Source: Phoronis australis (lineage: Eukaryota; Animalia; Phoronida). Taken from it: a stretch of 64,000 bases of DNA. The stretch spans positions 867,357-931,356 of the forward strand of contig NMRA01000022.1 of assembly GCA_002633005.1 (NCBI GenBank). Direction: 5' to 3'. The position numbers were made by a program, and so were the translations under genes. The notes below the pieces were generated by a model. That model searched no databases, was not told where the DNA came from, and was given only the letters and a program-made list of their open reading frames with translations. The stretch's first letter is position 1, and each line of letters starts with the position of its first letter. Shown here piece by piece: positions 51,943-62,832 of the stretch.

Positions 51943-53751
51943 ACTGTTCTATGTTTTCTACTTTAGAAATAATGTTCAACTTGAAGGTAGGGTGTAGTGT
52001 TGAACTGGAGTGGTACTCATCATGTAGCCGAGCTCGCGAAGGCTCTAATAGGCTAGGCTGTATGGAGTCAGGAAAGAAAATACTCCTCGTAGGTGGTCGT
52101 TTTTGTGGCATTACTTCCATGCTTCGAAAGAGAATTTGGAATTTCTAAACTATACAAATAGCATTGTTACTTCCTAGACCGAGACCCAGTGAAAGAGCAT
52201 CGATAATTCTCATAATGAGTTTCATATTTCAAAAATTCAATACTTCGAAAGATAGCATACCACACTTCGATCTGCATAGTGGGAATAACCCTCTTCTTCT
52301 AGCTCGACCGGATCCGAGGAAATTCCCTCCAAAACTGCTCTTTCGCATATCACCCGAGTAGGGTATAGAAGAACATCTCTCGTGCTAAGCTGGATAAGGG
52401 AGCACGTGCCCACGAGCTGGATTTGGGACGAGAAGACAAAGTTAGACACGAGACAACTTCCAATTTGGCCCTGCGAGTACCCCGACTTCGCATAGAGAGA
52501 TGGCTGTGGGATTGCCGCCAGACCTGGCATGCGGCCGGAGTACTTCCCGCTATGGGAATTACCAGCCTTGAAGACATGCCCGATCATCTGCGGGTTCAGT
52601 ATAGTGATTCTCGATGTGTTACTCGAGCCCAAAATTGTAACAAATCGGGCAAAAACGTGTGCCCAGATTTGTTACAATTACTACTTACAGATTGGGACCT
52701 ATTTAGAGCATTTAATGGGCCCACTACATTTACCAATTCTACTACAGGTTGTTTATAACAAGTGAATGAAGCAATTTGGCTATACGTCCTTGATCAAAGA
52801 CTTCGGTATTTTGTTATGTAATTTTAATTTTTAACAAAACCATTTAAAATGTTTTTTTAAAGTTCATCCCCTCAAAACCAGAGAGCCTATACAACAGTAA
52901 CGACTCGGGGCTGAGTTATGGAGGCATTTGACTATATGGGGTTTTAGCACGGCGGCAAAATCGGGATAGGGCATATTTGGTATGGATCCGAAAAAATAAT
53001 CCAGTTCCGTTCCTGGAACACTGCCTCCCGGTTGCAAGGGTACTACTCCCATAAACCTAGCCTGTTCAGGAAAGGTTCTGTACAGCTCAGCTGAATGTTT
53101 GACCAAATTAACCTAAAAAGAATACCTTGGGGAGGATTTCATGTTGTCAAAATGTATACCAATCCTTTTGAAACCAACATTTTATTTAAAACTTCCCTCT
53201 CTATAGTTTTAGAATTTAGAACTCTTTCGTAAGTAATTTCGTCAAGAAAGACGCGTTTTGGGAGGGAAACTGGTCATCCATCTGAGTTGCACGTCCTGTA
53301 TACCTCTTCTATTGGAGTAGCCCCCAGGTGAACTCTCAGCGTTCATAATCCAAAAATAGAACATGCGTCAGACATGTGACCTTTTGAGTATTTTTATGAC
53401 GTCATAATGTAAACTTCGGCTCATGAAAAGAGCCACGAAGCTGGAGACTAACTTACACTTAATTATTACATAACCAATATACTAATGCATGGAAAATAAC
53501 ATTTAAAAATTTTCAAATACCACGTCGAATAGACCAAAATTTATCCATTATCAAAACGTCACCTGTAGGCGTTACGTTGCATTATGGGTAAATTGTATTT
53601 AAATACGTTATGACCTAATTTTATCTACCTGCATTCATCAGGACAACGCTATCGATGTTTGTAGTTTAAACGACCGAAACATTCGACTAATTAACGACAC
53701 CGATGTCACTGTTCTAGTCCCTGAGGAAGTAAAACCACTTAAGCTGACGTA

Positions 53752-53863
53752 ATGCCGGCAAAAGATTTCGACGAAGCGAGGTGGAATGAAGATAGTCGAA
53801 TTGAATTCGTGCCTGAAGACCGAGGGTACTACGCTCTCGGAATAATCGAGGCAATTTACATAG
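53752..53863 (+). CDS. GIY-YIG domain protein, coding exon 1 (not in the ORF track)
   Basis: ATG preceded by an in-frame TAA (53740-53742). Reads MPAKDFDEARWNEDSRIEFVPEDRGYYALGIIEAIYI-G. Donor G|GTAAGC is phase 1, matching the acceptor at 58385. Confidence 0.85.
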
Positions 53864-56325
53864 GTAAGCTGGGGTGACGTTCTCGCTTCGCCCAGTAGTG
53901 TTGCGCCCATTTTGATTTTTTGATGTTAATAATATGATTATCTTGCTCTCGGTGTGTTTATGCGAACAATGTCTCATACTCTATGATTACCTTAGGTTTA
54001 TTAATACCTGTGGTATAAACCAGTGATGGCAGCTATTACCAGTGAGAGCCCAGTGCCAGTGGTCACATATTTCATGTGGTTAACTGTCGTTATTTTAATT
54101 AAACACTACCTTAAGGACTCAACCATGCATTTTGTATGTGTCTTTCCATTCCCTTAATCATGTTTCTCCCCCTTGTTGAAATAATGTCAACGCACTGTCA
54201 GCATCTGAACGATAAGTGAACCACCGAACATACCGATGCCGACTGAGTACGTTATGCAATCGGTAGACATATTTGTTTGGCTTGTTTACCAATCTGTTGT
54301 TTGACAGTGTCATTGGTACGCGTGAACATACCTGTGAGTGATCAATCGGAGATTGTTGAGGTCCATCGAACCCCAGTCCCGTACGCTTGAGTGGATATCA
54401 CGAGTATTGAAAAACATGGTTTGTCATGAATCTTCACAACATGTCAAGAGTGTTTTCCGGGGGGGGGGGTACTCGACTAAATTTTGAATGGGTGTGTTTT
54501 TTGCTGATATGTTGGAACACCCGCTCGTTTACAGAATGGACAAGATAAAACCCACCCTTTTAGACAATAAAATAGATTACTGGATATCCATGTTGCTGGG
54601 AGCTATTATAGAAAGCTCGAATTTTTCCAAAACATTACCTTCGTATAGGGGCTTGAAAGGGACATTATGGGGCTTACTGCAGAACAATTGCATTTTTGTA
54701 AATATTTTTGAATCGAAAAGACTTCTGTGGTTGCATGAAACATTCACAAATGGGGGGTCGACTAAGTTCCCAAAACTCTTTGCGTTTTTGTGTCATCATA
54801 GGTGTAAATTTTTTTTCATCATTTCGTATTTAATATGAGCTTCTCCTTGACGACTAATGACATTTCCTAACAATTTAATGTACTAAAAACTGGACGCTGA
54901 GTCCAACAAAAAATGGGATTAGTTCTTAATTTAGGGTCGTTGCAAATTTATTTTCGATAAAATTGAGAATTAAACGTAAAGTTCACTCTCTGCTTACATC
55001 AAAGCCAAACATTGACTTAGCGTAAGAAAGGACAATCGGTGTTTTCATAAGTTCCTAAATAGACAGTAGATATACCTACATAAAACACGGGATATACTTG
55101 GCACTGTTTCATGTAATCGACACTTAAAGCTGTTATCCTTAACCAGAGTTATAAAAAACAAAATCCGTTGGCTTTGTGATGTTATTACAAATCGCAGTTA
55201 TCGCTGTTGTCCGCCAGATAAGATCGATGACTATGTAAGTGCCGTTCAGCTCCGCCAGCAGAGCTTTGCACTGCAACTGCTGAGGTTGCGGGCGCGATTC
55301 CTCGTTATGGCCGACCAATTTGCTTCCCTATTTTGTCGCTTAAACCATACAAAATGACTATTTATTGGACTAAAATTAAATGAACAACTAATTGGATTGT
55401 AATGTTTTTTTTTTCCTACAAACGTAAGAGTTCCAAAGTCACAAAACGAACCCTTTCGCAGGAGCAATCATAGACACTTTTCGTAGGTAACTAGGCCTCG
55501 AGAAAGTCATGCATCTGAACGTCACGTCCCGTATGTATGTCAATAATGTTCCCTCGTAGTCAGTCTCACAACTTCATGGTTTTGATAGAATTGACCCGTT
55601 CAGTTTCAAGTTATAGAACGTGCCTCGGAGCTCTCTCATGAGGAGGTGTTAGCGGAGACGTGCTTCCAACCCATGTAGATATTTTGCAGTTTTGACTTAT
55701 AAGATTTCTTTGATATTCTCATGTGATATCGGAGGTATAGTATGTGCACTGTCGGGTATCCATGACTCGGTACCCATGTACCCCACAGTTGCCCAGGTAT
55801 TGCGTTGGTGTGGATATTGACAGTTCGACCTCTAGCACCGACTGAATGTACAATTATTTTCTAATTAAGCAGTCCTATTTAAAGTAACATTATTGCCGAG
55901 AAAAGTGGTTCTCTGTAATCAGCCACAATTGAATCGACAGCCCCCACGGGCGCAGTCTAGGCCCTACACTACGAACATCATAATATTTAAGGGGTTGGCC
56001 CGGCTTTGAAATCAGTGAATGTCTGACAAATAACGCCAAGGATTACCAATTTGTAATAAAACCACAAAAATGAGCCAATTTTGGATTTTTATAGAAAGCT
56101 ATCTATCCCACCCTACACTAATCACAAACGCGTTTTTGGGGCGATAAAACCGCAAGTTCTTGAAATCCTTTCAAGTTTAACCGAATGAAATTGTAGATGC
56201 CATTTTCATGCTTTAAAGCCTGACAATAAATTGTTTTTTTAACATGAAATTCTGAGAACGCAAGCTACTGGCGACTTGATATTTCGTATTCCATCCAAAC
56301 GTACTTACTCTCAAAGCACACCTAG

Positions 56326-56582
56326 CAGTGGCAGATCTAAGTTTTCAGTAAGGAGAGGGGTGGTTAGGATTCGTACGAATCCGAGGCGCGTAGCGCCGAG
56401 CACTGGGAAGGTCTCGAGGGGTGTTTCCCTTTCCCGTGTAAATTTTTTTTTTGTTTTTAGTAGCTGACTTCGTTTTCCTGGCGACATTTTTTCTTAATTT
56501 TTATTATTGACCCTGTCCCGATGGGGGGGGGGGTTGAACCCCCTGAANAACCCCCTGAACCCTCCCCGTAGATCCGCCTCTA
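56326..56582 (+). mobile_element. MITE in the intron of the GIY-YIG gene, TSD CCTAG
   Basis: Same family as 51692-51942; CCTAG on both sides. Confidence 0.8.
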
Positions 56583-56971
56583 CCTAGCCTCAGACATTAC
56601 AATCAACCAGTAACAGACGTCAGCCATAAAAGTCCCTCCCAAGCGTTAATATTTTCGACGGACGACATCTTTGTTGTGGAAAGGAAAACCCTAAACGATA
56701 CTCCGCTCGGCTATAGACCATAAGTATGTATGCAAAATGCCGTGACTCACGCTCCAAAGAAACGTAGATGTTCAAATTTGCCAAAATTGTCGAAAACCAA
56801 AAGCCTTGAAATTGGCCAGTAAAGGTAAAGTTTACACTTACCTGTAATTTAAGTCTTTTCAAATACACTGTGCAAACAAATCACCATGAAGTTGTCATGC
56901 AATTCTTATTGTGTTTATACCACTGACTTCTGATACACCCGTGAGCGTTTCATTTCCAGCTATTGTTGACT

Positions 56972-57116
56972 ATATATGAAAATAAAATAACAGTAATGGA
57001 TCGACTGAAATGTTCCGATGTAATCGAATCCTTTTTCAACAGAAACAAAATACAAGGAAAAAATTGATTATAACCGAAAATTTCAGTTGATCCTTTGTTG
57101 TTTTATTTTCATATAT
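56972..57116. repeat. Imperfect inverted repeat with ~60-bp arms (foldback)
   Basis: atatatgaaaataaaataac...ggatcgactgaaat pairs with atttcagttgatcc...gttgttttattttcatatat. Confidence 0.75.
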
Positions 57117-58384
57117 TCTACGTTTCGTCAAGCAGTATTATCCTTCAGGGATTCTGGGTCACCTCGTTTAGTTTCAGATTTATTTTCTATTGTGTTCATT
57201 TTTTGATTTTACTATGAGAAAAAATATTAAAAACACAAACACAGTCGGGGAAACATGTTGACGTAATGATATTCTAATTACGATTTCAAGAGGATTCATT
57301 GTGGGGCAGTTTGGATGTTTCATGTCGTGGGATTTCAGTCACATTTGAAAAATACTGTAAATATATAGACGCTGAGGTTGGCCAGTAATGAAATATTGAA
57401 AAACACACATTGAACTATTGACGATGTAATTACGAGAAATCATGAAATGCCCCAATCTCATTTACAACAATTAACTTGCATACATTTATCACGTGTCATT
57501 AGTCAAACAAGTAATGGCATGCGTAGGTACAATGTACTAAGCTTTGCCGTTAAACGTCCTGAATGAGGTCACACCGGGTTAATGTGACTCCATTTACGAG
57601 GGACACTGTCTGACCTGCGCTCTTTGCACAAACCGTATTTTTCTATAAGGTTTCACTAATTCCACTCTAAGGTTTATCGTGGGGGATCCAAATCCATCGA
57701 GATCAACATTTTGTTGGACATCCAGCACACATTGATTTACGATCCATTCCGTATAAATGTAGTTTCGCTCAAAGTTTATAAATTTGAAAACAGCTTTGTT
57801 TTCAGTGATTACCGTAAATAAATATCACAGCTTATAATTATTCTTAAAGCTATATTTCGCTCCTGTTTATCTGGCTAAATACGAAAACAAAGTAGGCCTT
57901 TTATTCTCATGAAATCGGTCTTACAGTTTACCTCAACTTAAAAGGTTTAATTTCCTTTACAAACTAAAGTCAGAGAAAATGCGTACATGCGTCATTTTCA
58001 AATTCGCAATTTCAGGTTTGGCCAACCCGAGAAACGTTTACTGGGGTCGCAGATGGTTTCGATGTTGTTGGTTACGGATATAGAATCCTATCGCGATAAA
58101 GAATATTACGGGACCGATTCTATGACTGGTTTTGTTTGTTATTAATATAAAATCCTATTACGGTCAAGAGTTAGGAGACTGATTTTATGAGAGAGTAAAA
58201 GGCTGCGTAATGTAGTTTTGAACAGCTTTTTTCATGAATCAGAAAAATTCTGAAAATAATTTCCAGAAATTGTTTCTTATTTGTTTTTGAAGCAATATTT
58301 CCATTGTAACCTTGTAGGGTTTGAATTACACTTCAAGGACCTTATTTTTAAAATATATTCTCAATTTTCCCGTTGCTGTTACAG

Positions 58385-60879
58385 GAACCAACCCTCCACG
58401 ACTATGTGATACCACCATTCGCGAGAGGGTGCGTAGTCATTTTACCAACAAAGACCAGCAGCGAATAAGTCGATACCTGTCTTCTCTTGAGTCATGGGAG
58501 AACATCCGAATATGGTACTTCGATACCCCAAGACCGTGTATCGAAGAGAGGCGCTTAGTAACCGAGTACAAACTGATTCACAAGGGTTATATGCCCGAGT
58601 TTAACGAACTCCGTGTCTGGAACCCGTGCAAGTGTCCCGAGTGTTGCAGTATTCCACCGACACCGATGGCTCCACACTTGACCACGTGGCAATGGAAGAG
58701 AGTGCCTCAATGCGAGGCCTCTACAGACGGACAATTCAACTATGAAATGATTGACCCACGACGAATACCTAACAAGAAGGGTATATATGCAATTGGTAGA
58801 GTGATTCTCTTCAGAAGCGAGCTGACACAAAATTTAAAACAGAGCATGCAGGAGCATTTGGCCGGTCTTCCTGGAAGCATTGTGCGTATATGGTGGCGCC
58901 GCGCAAACCCGGAAATAGAACGCCCCCTGCAGCAAGTTATTTCTAGAATGACTGACAGTCGTCACTCTTTGCGTATTTCTACAATTAGCCTTAATAGTAA
59001 TAGACCTAACCAGAAAACTAGTGTCCAAAAGAACCAACCGAAAACAAAGCCTGATCATGTTCGTCCCCCGGATGACGTGTTAACAATGTCGCGTAGTTCT
59101 TCAGTGTCATCTGTCGACAGACGGCGTCAGAATAGCATGCCGGTGCGGCTGAAGGGAGGCCGGGTAGTCCAGACTGAAGATTCACATCTGCGAGGTCGCC
59201 AAAACAGTATGCCGATTCGCCAACGAGGTCGCCGAGCACAGAGAGCTCAATCGGAGTCACGGCTGAAAGACGTTCATCACAGCGAAGACGACCTTGACGT
59301 GAAAAAATCTAGAACAATGTCTGAACGATCGCTACCTGATAAGAAGCCATCACTTGCAAATGATCTCGAAGTCACAAGCCAGCCGAGTAGGCATTCTAGT
59401 ACGAAAACCGAGTCTGGTGAAAGCAGTGACTTTGGCCAGCCGAGTCTATCGCACCTGGCAAAGACTGAGTTGGAGACAATAAACGTGGCATCGCTTTTGA
59501 GACCTTCGTCGAGTGATAATACTGATTTCCAATCTGCGACCACGGTGCATAAACGAGACGAATTTATTTCCGAGTTGAAATCAGCGCAGCGCAGAATTCT
59601 TGGAAATAGTGTGTTAGACAGTGAACAGTCTGAAACTGACGAGGTTTTCGTTACAACGCCAAACGTAGTAGACAACGAAATGCCATCAACGTCCCGTGGT
59701 TCAGTGTCACGGGTGCCTGCTTCGCTCCCACGTGGCAAATCTTTTGACCACACATCACCGTTAAACGTCGATGACAAGAAAACCTTGACGTCGTATGATC
59801 CATTGTTGCACACCACTGCGCCACTGGTTCATAACAAAGAGCTCCACCAGTCGGCGAACGTTAAAGTCCGTAATGAAAATTTGTTGACGTCACACGAATC
59901 ACAGCTAAAAGATTCGCCCCCACCGTTGCCCGTTAAGGGTATCAAACCGAGCGTGGCAGTCAACGTGTTGCCAATCCCTGATAGAAAGCCCCTAGCACCA
60001 GAAAGGCCACCCAAGAAACCAGACAGTGTGAAACCAAATATGATGACAACTGGGAACGCGACATTGACAGTGAAACAAACGCTAAATGACTCTGTTGAAT
60101 CCGATCCCCATAACAAAACAAACGTAGCTGCACCAGCAAATGGCAGAGTTCTTGGTCGCCGAACTTTGATAAAGGTTGCTGCAAACGATCCTGGAAAAAA
60201 TGAAAAGACTGTTTCACCAAGCAGACCGGACACACCGGATTCAGTTCAGTCGGACCACAGGCCGGCCACACCGGTCTCTAAAGTTTCAGACCATTCGTCG
60301 AAAACGTCGGGAAAAGGAAATAAGCCGAAGAAGTCAAACAAAAAAGAACCGGACCGTGGGAAACAAAGATCACAATCTTTGCGAGATCCCAAACGGCCTA
60401 AGCCGATCCATCCTGATAGGTTTGATCGTCAAAGCCTTGCTTCAGATGATGATCACGGGAATAGAATTATGGTTCAATATAAAAACAAGAAGACAGGCAG
60501 AATTGAAACTGTTGACATAACCGATGTGCAGTATCGTAAGCGAGCTATTTTAGAAAGGCGAGAAGCGGAGAAGCGTGCTTTGGAAAGAAAAGAAGCAGAG
60601 AAACGTGAAGCCATTGAGCGGCGGAAGGAGGCCATTGCAGCAGCGAAAGAACGCGAACGAGAGGTGCAGTTAGCGAAACGGGCGGAACTGGAGAGAGCAA
60701 AGTCATTAAAAGAGGCGAGAGCGAAAGAGCAGAGCGAAGCTAAACGACAACTCGTTGAGCGCAAGAAATCTATGAAAAAGTCGAAGGATTCTGAAAAGTC
60801 AAAACCCCAGCCATTGCCGTCTAACGAGGGCTACGAGCTGAAAGCAACTCGCAGTGACAAAGATTGTGTTATTTCGTAG
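58385..60879 (+). CDS. GIY-YIG domain protein, coding exon 2: rest of the nuclease domain, degenerate second copy, disordered region, charged helix, CaaX
   Basis: Uninterrupted 2.5-kb ORF. Acceptor gttacag|GA completes the Gly of YIG. Contains IRERVRSHF, EERRL and PEFN, a second IPNKKGIYAIG motif, and ends CVIS*. Confidence 0.9.
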
Positions 60880-61191
60880 TTGAGAACTGTCCTCCGTGTT
60901 TTAATGTGATCTCAGAAATACACATTGTTAAGGTTGGGCCAAAAATTGTGTAATAGGTTGAGGGTCCATTAGCTGTACTAGAAACTCGACTCCGTAACAG
61001 ACCAATTCCATGTCACGCTTCGAGAGAACTTTGCAAATTCGTGCTCGAATCGTGCAGCGTGATTTGTTAAATTTCAAATCAGGGTGGAGTCTTAGTTCTC
61101 ACCCTGGTCTGTGACCTACTTACTTTGAAACTTTCGTCCCAAAAGGAACACCAGGTTGAGCCTGGTAAAAAATTATCCTGAATAACAGCAG

Positions 61192-61205
61192 CCACCAGGT
61201 GGCGC
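61192..61205 (+). promoter_or_regulatory. CTCF-consensus motif CCACCAGGTGGCGC
   Basis: Exact match to the known CCASYAGRKGGCRS core; binding is not shown. Confidence 0.4.
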
Positions 61206-62647
61206 TGGACAAAAAGAAGACTGTAATTTTCTCTTTGAAAAAATGATCAAATAAAACATCGCCGCATCAACGTTAAAAAAGAGGCCAGAACTAATTATGC
61301 TATTTTTGGCTGTACTCTTAGACTGAATTTTAGTAGTTAGGACCACTTCACATTGTGGGTTTATTGTACACAGCATTATGGGATTTCGATTAAATCTTAT
61401 AATCACCAAACACTTCCGTGGCTGTAGACAGAGCTCTTTCATTTTTTACCCTGTTTGTTACCAATCATTCACAAGTTACTCAAGTTAGTATCGATTAAGG
61501 TGTAAGTCAACTATAAGTGGTTTTTGTACTTAAATGGTCTTCCATGTGTCACGTCCCAAATACGAGTCCCTCTGTGTTATGGTGTTTACAGCTAGATTGT
61601 GTGCTATCAGTGTCGTTGTTTTGAATTTTATTTTTTTAACTGGGTTTTATTAGTAACATTTTTTATTATTTAATCGTCTATTTATATTCCCCAGATAATC
61701 TAGCATTACGTATTTAAAGTTTTTGAAAAAATATTTACTTTTACTTGTCGTTTTATGGGACTAAAATGTTACTAATGTGCCCAAGCTTCCGTGATGTGTA
61801 AAGACTTTGAAAGCCTTCAGCGTGCACGCCAGTACGCACTGATCAATTCAAGCACTCTATGCTATTGTAGGTATATTTTCTGTAAATTCGGAAGATTTCA
61901 TGCTTTTCAATCACTCTTGACGAAAATATCTAGCAGGAATGGTTTGGTTTGGTTTGATTTCGTACATTTTTGTGTTTACACTTATGAGTATAAAGATTGA
62001 TCATAGTTTTTCCTCATCAGTCATATATGTGGAATGTATGTATGATCAACGCAGACGCGGATTTAAAATCATGACCAGGCCGGCTTTTGTTAAGGGGCAG
62101 ACGTAGCGTACGATTTGTATTCCTCCACTGTATTGACAGCACAGATGTTGTGCAAATTTGTTTGCTCTGGATTCACGTTTCGGTTTTTTCAGGACTGTTT
62201 TATATACGATGAGCTCATGTAATAGTGCTGTCATTTTCATGATTGTTTACAATGTATGAAAATACAAAAAGTAATTTTGAAAATAGTCCATTTGTTTTCT
62301 AATACGTCGTGAAAGCTTGGAACATTTGCGTAACTGAAAATAGTTACAGATATTAAAATATTGGGAAGGTTGCTTTTTGTAATCTTCAATAGGCATGGTT
62401 GCTGTTTGAAACGACTGTATTGAAGATCAAATGAATTATAGGTGTAAATATCGTGTAATTTAGTTGGTGACTGAGAATTTATGTCGTAACAAATCAATGA
62501 CATGATCAATAATGGTGATCCTTGCTCAAAAGAGTGCTTGTGTATGTAGTTTATTCTGGTGTTTGTGTCTGGCAAAGTTTCCCACGCTGAGAGTACAGTT
62601 CAAATCGACGTCACATGGCACTAAAATTGGCCTAGCTTATTACTACC

Positions 62648-62832
62648 TGTTGGTTCTTTCACATTCTGAGGTCTCAGTGACCCCTGTTGGTTCTTTCACA
62701 TTCTGAGGTCTCAGTGACCCCTGTTAGTTCTTTCACATTCTGAGGTCTCAGTGACCCCTGTTGGTTCTTTCACATTCTGAGGTCTCAGTGACCCCTGTTG
62801 GTTCTTTCACATTCTGAGGTCTCAGTGACCCC
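62648..62832 (+). repeat. Minisatellite, 5 x 37 bp
   Basis: Unit tgttggttctttcacattctgaggtctcagtgacccc starts at 62648, 62685, 62722, 62759 and 62796; one substitution; no spacers. Confidence 0.97.

Noticed and set aside
58321-58384. TTG start and first 21 aa of the 852-aa ORF
   Set aside because: Intronic AT-rich/polypyrimidine sequence ending in a CAG acceptor; the better N-terminus is the exon at 53752-53863.
53752-58605. GIY-YIG domain as part of a Penelope retroelement, or as SLX1/ANKLE1
   Set aside because: No RT, no Cys pair between the GIY and YIG motifs, no RING, ankyrin or LEM region; it has a spliceosomal intron and a long host-like tail.
58555-60764. Several antisense and alternative-frame ORFs over the large exon
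   Set aside because: Shadows of the coding strand with no independent motifs.
62648-62832. CRISPR array (37-bp palindromic repeats)
   Set aside because: Units are directly adjacent with no unique spacers, no cas genes are present, and the context is eukaryotic.
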